Shown: positions 1-8,974, counted from the first letter of the stretch. The stretch: DNA of 64,000 bases from an uncultured Candidatus Saccharibacteria bacterium (GCA_964385825.1 CAYLPX010000001.1:8124-72123); one strand, 5' to 3'. Made by a program: numbers and translations. Notes: a model not told the origin generated them from the sequence alone.

Positions 1-234
1 GCGCTTCTACCAAAGACAGTTAAGGTTGCACATAAGTTTGGAGAGCGAACTATCACTGACTTAAGTGGCACAGTAATGCTTCATCAGTTACATGATTGTG
101 GCGTGGTATATGGTCAGGGGAGAGATGAACCATATGTGTTCTGTATTATGACTGAGGGGAAAAACTTTGAAGATCTTGAGTCTATACTCCAAGAAGTTTC
201 AAATGAGACTTATAAAGAAATGATAGAGGATTAG
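1..234 (+). CDS. partial CDS (5' truncated at window edge); C-terminal fragment of a possible serine-hydrolase / beta-lactamase-fold protein
   Basis: Open frame from nt 1 to TAG at 232-234; ...VAHKFGERTITDLSG...DCGVVYGQGRDEPYVFCIMTEG resembles KTG-box and C-terminal strand region of class A beta-lactamase/DD-peptidase fold; weak recall-based call. Confidence 0.3.
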   Translation, partial: ALLPKTVKVAHKFGERTITDLSGTVMLHQLHDCGVVYGQGRDEPYVFCIMTEGKNFEDLESILQEVSNETYKEMIED

Positions 235-329
235 TATTTTTTCAGTAGTTTTTCTGTATAGATAAGCAAGTCTCCCTTTGGTATACTAGCTTCATAGTAA
301 TTTAATTCGCACTCTATAGCTCAAGCAGT

Positions 330-863
330 ATGGTAAAAAGTATTCTAAGCAAACACAAGCAAACACAAAGGGTAGCAGAAGAAGCTCCAATTGAAAATGA
401 AGTAAGAGAGAACCCCCCTGTGTTTAATGATGTGCGCCCATCATCAATCCCCGTACGGAAGAGGGGGCTTATGGCGCGTATTTTTATAACCTTGCGCTAT
501 CTACTTAAGCGCTCCCCTGGCTCCTTGTTGCTAATTCTGCTCTTAATTGGAGCTATTGGTACCTCAGTGTACTTCTATAAGAAAGCAAATCGTGACCCAC
601 AAGCTGATGCTGCAAAGGAATTGCAAGCTACTATAAAGTTAGTGAGTAGACATATGGTGCTGCCAGCGGATGAACAACCAACTCTTGCTACTGTTTCAGA
701 TCCGGCCAAGTTAAAGGATCAAGCTTTTTTCACTCGAGCTGAAAAAGGGGATAAAGTACTACTTTATAGCAAGAGTGGTAAAGCTATTCTCTATAGCATG
801 AAACAAGACAAGATATTGGAAGTTTCTCCATTCAACGTAAACAATGCACCCGCGACCAATTAA
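330..863 (+). CDS. hypothetical single-pass membrane protein
   Basis: ORF track; basic cytoplasmic N-terminus, one TM helix (LLLILLLIGAIGTSVYF), about 100-aa external domain; directly upstream of dockerin/cohesin genes. Confidence 0.5.
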   Translation: MVKSILSKHKQTQRVAEEAPIENEVRENPPVFNDVRPSSIPVRKRGLMARIFITLRYLLKRSPGSLLLILLLIGAIGTSVYFYKKANRDPQADAAKELQATIKLVSRHMVLPADEQPTLATVSDPAKLKDQAFFTRAEKGDKVLLYSKSGKAILYSMKQDKILEVSPFNVNNAPATN

Positions 864-875
864 CATGAGTCCTAC

Positions 876-1679
876 ATGCTGCACGGAGTTCAAAAGATTT
901 TAATTAGTGCAGGAGTTTCGCTACTTTTTGTTACTCCTATTATTTCTTTTGCCGATGATTATACGGGCACTCAGTTTAAAGTAAAAGATCCCGTTATTGC
1001 CCCAGCTGGCTATGCTTCCTCCACAACCTTTCAACTTCAGGGGGTACTTGCGCAACCTTCAATAGGGGAGAGCACCGCTAGTGATTTTGGTGTAAAGACA
1101 GGCTTTTTATACTTCCCATTAGTACGCACGGGAACACTTTCTGCAACACCGGGGGATACCACGGTGGCACTTTCGTGGAGTAGTAGCTCTGGATTTTTGG
1201 GGTGGACGGTCGGTGGATATACGATTGGTAAAAGTACAGTTTCTGGTGGTCCTTATACCTACAGTAGTGTGGGGAATATAACCAGTACGACTATGAGTGG
1301 GCTGACTAACAGTACACCATATTATTTTGTGTTTCGTACGGAGGATTTTTTTGGTAACTATATAGCCACCTCAAGTGAAGTTTCAGCTACACCACTTGGA
1401 GGCACTGGTGGGAGCAATGGTGGTGGATCTAATACTGGAGGGGGAGGTGGTGGGCCACTTATAAATTATGTACCACCGCTTACTAAGCCAGCAGGGGAAT
1501 GTAAAGAAGCTTCAGATCTTAACTGTGATCAGTATATAGATATTGTGGACTTTTCCATTATGTACTACTGGTTCGATAAAGATAATCCACCAACTCGCGT
1601 TGATTTAAATAAAGATGGCAAGGTTGATATCTATGACTTTAGTATCATGGCATATTATTGGCATGAAAAACCACGATAA
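876..1679 (+). CDS. secreted protein: signal peptide + FN3-like domain + Gly-rich linker + C-terminal tandem dockerin (type I-like) module
   Basis: N-terminal signal peptide; FN3-like segment (TVALSWSSS...YYFVFRTEDFFGN); two 22-aa dockerin Ca-binding repeats DLNCDQYIDIVDFSIM and DLNKDGKVDIYDFSIM (D-x-N-x-D-x-x-x-D-x-x-D). Confidence 0.7.
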   Translation: MLHGVQKILISAGVSLLFVTPIISFADDYTGTQFKVKDPVIAPAGYASSTTFQLQGVLAQPSIGESTASDFGVKTGFLYFPLVRTGTLSATPGDTTVALSWSSSSGFLGWTVGGYTIGKSTVSGGPYTYSSVGNITSTTMSGLTNSTPYYFVFRTEDFFGNYIATSSEVSATPLGGTGGSNGGGSNTGGGGGGPLINYVPPLTKPAGECKEASDLNCDQYIDIVDFSIMYYWFDKDNPPTRVDLNKDGKVDIYDFSIMAYYWHEKPR

Positions 1680-1681
1680 CT

Positions 1682-2617
1682 ATGACTACTACCACTTATT
1701 TAAAAATTATCGTACTTAGTTTCTTGTTTTTGCCACAAGTATTGTTTGCTGCGTCTCTTGGATTTAATGAAAACAAGGTAGAGCTGGGGGTGGGAGGAAA
1801 AATCAAAGTTCCTTTAACGCTTAATACTGAAGGCACCCCCATTAATGCCTTTGAAGGATCTTACAGTTTTGATCCAGAGTTTTTGACTCCCACAGCTATT
1901 CTTGATGGGGATTCTATAGTTTCAACATGGATAAAAAGTGCCGACCTACATGATGCCGCTGCAAAGCGGGGAAGTATTTTGTTTTCAGGAATTATTCCAA
2001 AGGGGACTAATGCTGTGGGAAATGTTATCACAATACTGTTCACCGCAAGTAAGGCTGGAAGCACTCATATAGCGGGCGCCGGTATTGCATATAAAAATGA
2101 TGGTAAGGGAACACCAATAGTACTAAGTCCACTACAAATGAATATTGAAGTTAAGGGGACTGTGAGTAAGACTGAAGAAGATAAAGCTTCAAAGGATACA
2201 ACACCGCCCATTATTACTCGACTAGATATTGTTCAAAATGAAGCCATGTTTGATGGAGCATATTTTATTGTATTTGCGGGGAAGGATGAGGGGAGCGGAA
2301 TTGACCACTTCGAGTTACTTGAAAAGTCGTCACGGGAGTCTATAATTGAAGTTGAAAAAGATAGTGACTTTAAGGTGATAAAAAATCCAAGCCCTCTCTC
2401 TGATCAAACATTAGCCTCCTATGTATATCTAAAAGCAGTCGATAGAGAAGGTAATTTCTCAATTAAGGAATTACGTACGCGGGCTGACTTATCACCACAA
2501 GCGAGAAATAGTTGGTTTAAGAATCCATGGACATTAGGTATACTAATTGTAACCGTGTTCGGTATTCTGTTCTTTTTCTATCACCGAAGGCAGGGGTTGA
2601 CCCATGAATCCTACTAA
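1682..2617 (+). CDS. secreted, C-terminally membrane-anchored protein with N-terminal cohesin-like domain and Ig-like domain
   Basis: Signal peptide; region VELGVGGKIKVPLTLNTEGTPINAFEGSYSFDPEFL...ILFSGIIPKG...VITILFTA matches cohesin beta-sandwich pattern; C-terminal TM helix; shares GIDHFEL...REGN module with next gene. Confidence 0.6.
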   Translation: MTTTTYLKIIVLSFLFLPQVLFAASLGFNENKVELGVGGKIKVPLTLNTEGTPINAFEGSYSFDPEFLTPTAILDGDSIVSTWIKSADLHDAAAKRGSILFSGIIPKGTNAVGNVITILFTASKAGSTHIAGAGIAYKNDGKGTPIVLSPLQMNIEVKGTVSKTEEDKASKDTTPPIITRLDIVQNEAMFDGAYFIVFAGKDEGSGIDHFELLEKSSRESIIEVEKDSDFKVIKNPSPLSDQTLASYVYLKAVDREGNFSIKELRTRADLSPQARNSWFKNPWTLGILIVTVFGILFFFYHRRQGLTHESY

Positions 2618-4691
2618 CACTCACTCGATAGCCACAAGGGTACTACATAGGTATGTTTTCTCTTTTCTAGGAGGCTTATTTTTCTTTTTTGGTTTTGCGG
2701 GCTCTGTAAGCGCAGGGTCGCTTATGCTTAGCCCAACTTCAGGGGCTTTTACTGTGGGTAGCACCTTTGATGTGCAGATATTACTTAATACTGAAGGTAA
2801 ATCAGTAAATGCACTTGATGTAGATTTGCGATTTCCTCCGGATAAGCTCCAGTTAGTTACTCCCAAGACCAATCTCTCTGTTATTTCTGTTTGGACGAGT
2901 CAACCACAGTTTAACAATGCAACGGGGCAGGTAAGACTTCAGGGGGGGATTCCACGGGGAATTAATGTGAACAATGCCCTTGTGGCAACGCTTACCTTCA
3001 GGGTCCGTTCGGTTGGAACGGCCATAGTTCGTTTCTCGACCGATAATTCAAAAGTGCTCCTCAATGATGGGCAGGGGACTAATGATTTGCGTCACCAGGA
3101 AGACGCACTTTATACACTTATTTTGCCTCCCCCAGCAGGTCCTCAAGTAGTGTCAGAAACACATCCGAACCAGGGTATCTGGTATGCGAATCCCTCAGCT
3201 ATTTTAAGCTGGGCCAACAGTGAAGAAGTGCAGAATTATAGTTATATTTTTAATGAGGATCCTGTAACGGTGCCGGATGATAGTGGGGATGGTAAGCGAG
3301 GACAAATAGTCTATAAGAATATTCCCGATGGGCGACATTACTTCCATATCAAAGCTTTGCGTGATGGAGTGTGGGGTGGTGTGACGCATTTTGCAGTAAG
3401 TATAGATAGCGAGCCACCAGCACAGTTTCCCATAAGTATTTTGCCAGCCGCTCGCACGAGCACCCGAGACCCAATTATTAAGTTCGGTACTACTGATCAA
3501 AGTTCAGGGATAGATCACTATGAGCTGAAGATTGTACCGCTACAACCACAGGGTACTGAGAAGAAAGACGATCAATCCCTTTTTATAGAAGTAGATAGTC
3601 CGTATGTAGCACAAAAGATGGAGCCTGGATCGTATGATGTATTTGTACGAGCGTATGATAAGGCTGGGAATTATCAGGAAGTTATAAAGCGTCTCACGAT
3701 TTCGGATGCGGTTATCGGCTTTACTAGTGAAGATGGTTTGGTGGTTGGAAGCATAGCACTTCCATGGACAGTAACGGTACTTCTTTTGCTTGTACTTATA
3801 GCTCTCCTTGCGTACGGAGTGGTTTACTTTAAGCGTCGTCACGATCATGCAGAGGGGCGCCGTGTATCAAAAGAATTACCAGACCATATTAGGAGTCAGC
3901 TTGAGGAGCTTAAGCGGTATAAGAGTAAGTATGGAACGGTTGCCATTGCTTTCGCTTTTGTTGGGCTCACAATACTTTCACTAATTGCAGGAGGCAAGGT
4001 GTATGCAGCGGAAGATAGGGGTGGAACGGTAGAATTGGCTCCTCCCTATGTTACGACTATTTCGCGTAATGTTTCAAATAATGAAATATTCTACATAGGC
4101 GGCAAAACAGAAAACAAAGATACTGCTGTCACGATTTTCTCACAGAACCTTTCAACCGGCGAAACAACAAGCTATGAAGTCACTTCGGATAAGAAGGGTG
4201 AATGGTTCTATAGGCACAACACCTTCCTCTCTCCTGGAAAATATATTCTTTGGACACAGGCGCGTCTTGGGGATATAAGTAGCCCACCATCGTCCCAAAT
4301 AGAAATGACAGTGGCTCGCGCGGCATTAGTTTTCGGAGTAACCCGCATTAGTTATGAGACATTGTATTTGATTACTGTGTTCATTCTAATCATGATTGTG
4401 ATCGGCCTCTTCTTCCTTATGGTTTACCACGCACTTCGTGCTCGCAGGAAGCATAAGCTTGTACTAAAAGAAGTTGGCGAAGCACAGGAATCAGTACGCC
4501 GTGGTTTTGCAGTACTTCGTAGAGACATAGAGCGCGAAATAGAAATGTTAAAGCGCGATCGTATCACTAAAGATCCTACTCAGGAAGAGCGCCAAAGAGA
4601 AGAAGAACTTCGTCGTGACCTTAAGGATATTGAAGATAGGATTGGTCATGAAATCTGGGATATTGAAAAGCTGGAAATGTCAGCACAGTAA
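2604..4691 (+). CDS. large secreted/multi-TM protein with N-terminal cohesin-like domain, Ig/FN3-like domains, three TM segments and a charged coiled-coil C-terminal tail
   Basis: Signal peptide; LMLSPTSGAFTVGSTFDVQILLNTEGKSVNALDVDLRFPPDKL...LVATLTFRV cohesin-like; GIDHYEL...DKAGN Ig-like module paralogous to previous gene; TM helices; C-terminal E/R/K/D-rich predicted coiled coil; 14-nt overlap with previous gene. Confidence 0.6.
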   Translation: MNPTNTHSIATRVLHRYVFSFLGGLFFFFGFAGSVSAGSLMLSPTSGAFTVGSTFDVQILLNTEGKSVNALDVDLRFPPDKLQLVTPKTNLSVISVWTSQPQFNNATGQVRLQGGIPRGINVNNALVATLTFRVRSVGTAIVRFSTDNSKVLLNDGQGTNDLRHQEDALYTLILPPPAGPQVVSETHPNQGIWYANPSAILSWANSEEVQNYSYIFNEDPVTVPDDSGDGKRGQIVYKNIPDGRHYFHIKALRDGVWGGVTHFAVSIDSEPPAQFPISILPAARTSTRDPIIKFGTTDQSSGIDHYELKIVPLQPQGTEKKDDQSLFIEVDSPYVAQKMEPGSYDVFVRAYDKAGNYQEVIKRLTISDAVIGFTSEDGLVVGSIALPWTVTVLLLLVLIALLAYGVVYFKRRHDHAEGRRVSKELPDHIRSQLEELKRYKSKYGTVAIAFAFVGLTILSLIAGGKVYAAEDRGGTVELAPPYVTTISRNVSNNEIFYIGGKTENKDTAVTIFSQNLSTGETTSYEVTSDKKGEWFYRHNTFLSPGKYILWTQARLGDISSPPSSQIEMTVARAALVFGVTRISYETLYLITVFILIMIVIGLFFLMVYHALRARRKHKLVLKEVGEAQESVRRGFAVLRRDIEREIEMLKRDRITKDPTQEERQREEELRRDLKDIEDRIGHEIWDIEKLEMSAQ

Positions 4692-4696
4692 ACAAA

Positions 4697-4728
4697 AAAC
4701 CCGCAGGCACAGCCTGCGGGTTTTTTGT
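4697..4728. terminator. bidirectional rho-independent terminator between convergent genes
   Basis: aaaaaaCCCGCAGGCacagGCCTGCGGGtttttt hairpin flanked by A-run and T-run. Confidence 0.7.
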
Positions 4729-6672
4729 TTACTTAACCAGTTTTAAATCTATCATACGGCGCTCCACATCGGTGCCGACTATTTGGAACTTAACACTGTC
4801 GCCAAGTGAGTATGTTTTCTTGGTACGCTCCCCGATGAGACGATAGTTCTTTTGGTCGAGTGAGTAGTAGTCGTCCTGCATATCCTTAAGACGAATCATG
4901 CCTTCGCTTTTGGTCTCTTTCTCTTCTATGTACATACCCCATTCAGTTACTCCAGAAATAGTTCCATCAAAGGTTTGACCAACTCGGCTACTCATGTACT
5001 CAACTTGTTTCATTTTAATACTCTCACGTTCTGCTTCGGCGGCGCGGATTTCAGCTTCGGTGGTAGTGGCAGCTAATTTTTCAAGGCGAGAGAATTCTTG
5101 TTGCGGCACATCTTTACCTTCTAGGTACTGCGCAAGTAATCTGTGTACCAACACATCAGGATAGCGACGGATAGGGGAGGTGAAGTGAGTGTAGTAATCA
5201 AAAGCTAGTCCATAGTGACCAATATTGTTGACCGAGTAGATAGCTTTGGCCATAGAACGTACGGCAGCAGTCTTAATCATCATTTCCTCAGGCTTCCCCT
5301 CAACTTGTTTAAAAAGTGCATTGAGCTCTTGTCCGGTAACATGGTTATCTTTCATGTGTAAATCGTAGCCAAGTGCTTTCACAAAAAGTGCTAAGTCACC
5401 GATTCGCTCGGTGTTGGGTACGTCGTGGATACGGTAAAGGAAAAGAGGATTCTCTTTTTCACCATGTTTCTTCTTATGATGTTCATTAATAAAGAATGCT
5501 ACTTCACGATTAGCGAGAAGCATAAACTCCTCAACGAGTTTGTGGGCATCAAAGCGTACCTTTCGGATAACTTTGATAGGTACTCCCTTTTCATCAAGTA
5601 CAAATTTAACCTCATCTTGTTCAAAAGAAATGGCTCCTTTGCGGGTTCGCTCAACACTGAGCTTTTTCGCTATGTTGTTGAGAATAGTAAGTTCTGTGCG
5701 GTGGAGCTCGCTGCTACCTACTATGCTTTCCTGAGCTTCTTCGTAAGTAAAACGTTTGGTGGAGTTAATAACCGTGCGTCCAAACCATTTGGTATATACC
5801 TTCCCCATATCATCCATTTCAAAAATAGCGGAAAAGGCGAGTTTGTCTTCGTTTGGGTTGAGACTACAAAGATCGTTCGAGAGCACCTCAGGGAGCATAG
5901 GGATAGTACGGTCTACAAGATATACAGAAGTAGCGCGCTTCACTGCTTCCTTGTCTAGATATGATCCATGGCGAAGGTAGTGGGAGACATCGGCGATATG
6001 GATACCGATTTCATAGTGGCCATTCGGTAGGCGTAGGAAGGATATAGCGTCATCAAAGTCTTTGGCATCAAAGGGATCTATGGTCATGGTGAGTACACCA
6101 CGCATATCACGCCGCTTTGCTATTTCAGCTTGTAGATCAGTGTCTGCCCCTTTTTTAATTTCATCGGCCTCGGCTTCAACTTCAGGTGAGAAGGTGGGGG
6201 AGAAACCACGGTCGAGTACTATAGCTTCCATTTCGGCATTATTTTCTCCCTTTTCACCTATTACCTTGAGGATATGCACCTGTGGAGCGTCAGTTTTTTT
6301 CTCCCAAGAAACTAACTCAAAGTACACCTTGGTGTTTGGGGTTACTACGTCTTTAGTCTGAAAAGTGACATGAACCTTGCGGTTGTCAGCCACGATAAAC
6401 GTACTGCCTTTTTCGCTAACTACCGTTCCGGAAAAGCGAGTCTTGCGGCGGGAGATTAATTCAGTAACGACTCCAACAGTACGGTTGTAATAGTTTTTGC
6501 CAGTTATATTGATTTTAACTGTGTCCCCATGCAGCGCTACCCCCGTCTTGTCCGCGGGGATTTCTACATCATCTTCTCGCCCTTCTATAGAGACATACCC
6601 AACTCCTTTGCTGGTGATTGAGATGGTGCCTTCTGCCGATTCTGGGGACTTACTAGCCGTCTTAGCATTCAT
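4729..6672 (-). CDS. rnr: ribonuclease R / RNase II family 3'-5' exoribonuclease
   Basis: 647 aa; RNB-domain motifs (HIADVSHYL, DRTIPMLPEVLSNDLCSLNPNEDKLAFS), C-terminal S1 domain. Confidence 0.9.
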   Translation of the reverse strand: MNAKTASKSPESAEGTISITSKGVGYVSIEGREDDVEIPADKTGVALHGDTVKINITGKNYYNRTVGVVTELISRRKTRFSGTVVSEKGSTFIVADNRKVHVTFQTKDVVTPNTKVYFELVSWEKKTDAPQVHILKVIGEKGENNAEMEAIVLDRGFSPTFSPEVEAEADEIKKGADTDLQAEIAKRRDMRGVLTMTIDPFDAKDFDDAISFLRLPNGHYEIGIHIADVSHYLRHGSYLDKEAVKRATSVYLVDRTIPMLPEVLSNDLCSLNPNEDKLAFSAIFEMDDMGKVYTKWFGRTVINSTKRFTYEEAQESIVGSSELHRTELTILNNIAKKLSVERTRKGAISFEQDEVKFVLDEKGVPIKVIRKVRFDAHKLVEEFMLLANREVAFFINEHHKKKHGEKENPLFLYRIHDVPNTERIGDLALFVKALGYDLHMKDNHVTGQELNALFKQVEGKPEEMMIKTAAVRSMAKAIYSVNNIGHYGLAFDYYTHFTSPIRRYPDVLVHRLLAQYLEGKDVPQQEFSRLEKLAATTTEAEIRAAEAERESIKMKQVEYMSSRVGQTFDGTISGVTEWGMYIEEKETKSEGMIRLKDMQDDYYSLDQKNYRLIGERTKKTYSLGDSVKFQIVGTDVERRMIDLKLVK

Positions 6673-6708
6673 ATATATAGAGCACTAGATTAGCACGAAA
6701 AAATGGCA

Positions 6709-6744
6709 TTGACTATGATGACCATGTGTTTTAAGGTAAGTGTG
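6709..6744 (+). promoter_or_regulatory. putative sigma70-like promoter in rnr/rpsP divergent region
   Basis: TTGACT - 17 nt - TAAGGT; weak -10. Confidence 0.3.
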
Positions 6745-6795
6745 CAACCGCGCTCTTGCTCGTTTAGCCCGAGCATAGTTCTCTTGAGCCGGCTT

Positions 6796-6834
6796 GGCGA
6801 CAGCCCCTTCGTGGGACTGTCGCCTTTTTATTTT
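6796..6834 (+). terminator. intrinsic-terminator-like hairpin upstream of rpsP
   Basis: GGCGACAGccccttcgtgggaCTGTCGCC followed by tttttatttt. Confidence 0.5.
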
Positions 6835-6910
6835 GCGGGTAGGGTTTTTGGCGTTATAGTATTGCCGGCGCTACTCATGTGCCCAGTCGGGCATTGCAAC
6901 ACGCGCCTTT

Positions 6911-6940
6911 GAGGCTGCCTCCGAAGGGTGGCCTCTTTTT
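6911..6940 (+). terminator. second intrinsic-terminator-like hairpin upstream of rpsP
   Basis: GAGGCTGCCtccgaagGGTGGCCTC followed by ttttt, 40 nt before rpsP start. Confidence 0.45.
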
Positions 6941-6981
6941 ATGATTTGACCTAAACCTCCTTTTTTGGTAAGGTTCCCTTT

Positions 6982-7413
6982 ATGTTACGAATACGACTAC
7001 AACGCGTTGGCCGCAAGCACGAATCTAATTTTCGTGTGGTTTTGACTGACCGCCTCAACTCAACAAAGAGCGGTAAGGTGCTTGAGGTGCTTGGGAACTA
7101 TGACCCACGTTTTAATAAGCCAGTTATGCAAGCTGACCGCATTAAGTATTGGATGAGTGTTGGGGCTATGCCAACTGACACCGTACATAATCTCCTTGTG
7201 TCTGAGAAAATTATAGAAGGCAAGAAAAAGAACGTTCTTCCTAAGAAGACCCCTCCAGCTAAGGAGGTTAAGGATGAACCAAAGCAAGAAGCTCCAGCTG
7301 CAAAAGCTCCTGAAGCTCCAGTAGCAGAAGAAGCAGTAGCCCCAGAAGTAGTAGTAGAGGAAGCTCCAGCAGAAACTACAAAAGAGGCTCCAGTAGCAGA
7401 AGTAGTTGCTTAA
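6982..7413 (+). CDS. rpsP: 30S ribosomal protein S16 with about 55-aa low-complexity (E/A/P/K/V-rich) C-terminal extension
   Basis: MLRIRLQRVGRKHESNFRVV...GNYDPR canonical S16 N-terminus; tail EAPAAKAPEAPVAEEAVAPEVVVEEAPAETTKEAPVAEVVA. Confidence 0.9.
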   Translation: MLRIRLQRVGRKHESNFRVVLTDRLNSTKSGKVLEVLGNYDPRFNKPVMQADRIKYWMSVGAMPTDTVHNLLVSEKIIEGKKKNVLPKKTPPAKEVKDEPKQEAPAAKAPEAPVAEEAVAPEVVVEEAPAETTKEAPVAEVVA

Positions 7414-7549
7414 ATTAAAATTAAGGCACCCGCTCTCCCGTAAGGGAGAGCGGGATTGTCTTTTGGGCTAATTTTCATATAATGAGGGTTATTGATGAGC
7501 CTCCATTGTCACTCATCGTATTAACACTATAATTTGACAATACATACCT

Positions 7550-7870
7550 ATGACAGAACAAGATGCAGCATTTCTAGAACACGTTGTTAAGTCGTTAGTT
7601 GATAACCCAAGTGCGGTTAAGATTAATAGAACAGTGGATGAGATGGGGGTACTCCTCACCCTTGATGTTGATCCTAACGATATGGGTAAGGTGATTGGGC
7701 GCTCGGGCAATACTGCCAAGGCAATCCGCACCCTCCTACGTGTTGTTGGTATGAAGAACAATGCCCGCGTTAATCTCAAGATTAATGAGCCAGAAGGCCG
7801 CCAAGTTGTTGGCGCTTCCGCCTCAAGCGTAGATGAAGTCATTGAGGGGCTCAAAGAGGGGACTATCTAA
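7550..7870 (+). CDS. KH-domain RNA-binding protein (UPF0109/YlqC-like)
   Basis: KH motif region VIGRSGNTAKAIRTLL; position between rpsP and trmD as in ylqC. Confidence 0.8.
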   Translation: MTEQDAAFLEHVVKSLVDNPSAVKINRTVDEMGVLLTLDVDPNDMGKVIGRSGNTAKAIRTLLRVVGMKNNARVNLKINEPEGRQVVGASASSVDEVIEGLKEGTI

Positions 7871-7946
7871 AATAAGAAAACGACTGAGCGAGAGTGAAGA
7901 AGTACTGAGCCTACTAAGGCGAATGTATAAAGACAAATATAAAAAA

Positions 7947-7976
7947 CCGTGGTATGGTGATTCCACGGTTTTTTAT
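7947..7976 (+). terminator. terminator/attenuator-like hairpin between KH gene and trmD
   Basis: aaaaaaCCGTGGtatggtgattCCACGGtttttt immediately before trmD ATG at 7977. Confidence 0.4.
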
Positions 7977-8681
7977 ATGCATTTTCATATTATTACACTT
8001 TTCCCCGAAAGCTTTGATTCATATCTACATGAGTCTATTTTGGCGCGGGCACAGAAAGAGAAGAAGATAAAAGTCTCGTTCTATAATCCTCGTGAGTTTG
8101 TGAAGGGTAAGTACCGAAAGGTGTGGCCGGATGGCAATGTTTCTAAAATTGTGGACGACCGCCCGTATGGAGGAGGGCCTGGTATGGTTATACGTGCCGA
8201 GCCAGTGCTCTTGGCAGTAGAAAAAGCGTATAAAAAAATAAAAGATAGCAAAAAAGCAAAGGTCTTTTTCTTCTCGCCCTCTGGCATACAGTTTTCATCC
8301 GACATAGCAGAGAAAACGGTAAAGAAGTATACCGACATCATTTTGATTTGTGGGCGTTACGAGGGGATAGATGCACGAGTGCAGAAAATACTAAAAGCAG
8401 AAGAACTTTCGGTGGGCCCTTATGTCCTTACAGGAGGGGAGTTACCGGCCATGATTGTACTTGATAGTATTTCTCGAAGGGTAAAGGGGGTACTCGGTAA
8501 CCTTGAGTCAGTAGAGGAGTATCGGGTTTCAAGTTCTGAAGTGTATACCCGCCCCGAAGCTTTTGTATATAAGGGTAAGGGGTATGTGGTGCCCAAGGTG
8601 TTGGTTGAGGGAGATCATAAGAAAATAGAGGCTTGGAAAACGGGAAAAACTACTAGTAAGGACGGGAAGAAGCATACTTAA
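7977..8681 (+). CDS. trmD: tRNA (guanine37-N1)-methyltransferase
   Basis: ORF track gives 7833..8681, but conserved N-terminus MHFHIITLFPE begins at ATG 7977; motifs DDRPYGGGPGMV, ICGRYEGIDARV, LTGGELPAMI; upstream part of track ORF overlaps KH gene. Confidence 0.85.
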   Translation: MHFHIITLFPESFDSYLHESILARAQKEKKIKVSFYNPREFVKGKYRKVWPDGNVSKIVDDRPYGGGPGMVIRAEPVLLAVEKAYKKIKDSKKAKVFFFSPSGIQFSSDIAEKTVKKYTDIILICGRYEGIDARVQKILKAEELSVGPYVLTGGELPAMIVLDSISRRVKGVLGNLESVEEYRVSSSEVYTRPEAFVYKGKGYVVPKVLVEGDHKKIEAWKTGKTTSKDGKKHT

Positions 8682-8733
8682 AGCAGTGTTAGTGAAGTAA
8701 TAGGGAATTATCCCCAAATTTGGCAAAAAATGC

Positions 8734-8761
8734 TTGACATAGCCATTTTTCCGCGTATAAT
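8734..8761 (+). promoter_or_regulatory. consensus sigma70 promoter for rpoB-rpoC
   Basis: TTGACA (8734-8739) - 16 nt - TATAAT (8756-8761); about 210-nt 5'-UTR to rpoB ATG at 8975. Confidence 0.6.
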
Positions 8762-8883
8762 CTGCCCTAACCTACTGATTGTGTTATGGATAAAGGTTAC
8801 TCCATAAGTCGTCAGGTGGAAGCTCAACTTTCATCTGCAAAACAAAGTGCAACGTTGTAAATAACAAAAAGTGAGAACAAAAA

Positions 8884-8918
8884 GCCCCTATTGGAGGACG
8901 GGGCAGTTTTCTTTTTTT
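8884..8918 (+). promoter_or_regulatory. terminator-like hairpin (possible attenuator) within rpoB leader
   Basis: GCCCCtattggaggacGGGGC followed by agttttcttttttt, about 55 nt upstream of rpoB start. Confidence 0.4.
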
Positions 8919-8974
8919 GTGTGTGAGGAAGGAGAAAGCCATAATAATTTTCAATAATATATTTCCCAAAAACC

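Noticed and set aside
5425-6688. Plus-strand ORFs (177, 64, 74, 99 and 63 aa) inside the rnr locus
   Set aside because: Antisense to a well-supported RNase R gene; no motifs; typical shadow ORFs.
6740-6945. SRP RNA (ffs) upstream of rpsP, considered because ffh usually precedes rpsP
   Set aside because: Could not find the conserved domain IV motif (GGUCCGGAAGGAAGCAGCC-like) on either strand; left as unassigned structured region.
7833-7976. N-terminal 48 residues of the track trmD ORF
   Set aside because: Overlaps the KH-domain gene; the conserved TrmD N-terminus begins at the internal ATG 7977 right after a hairpin.
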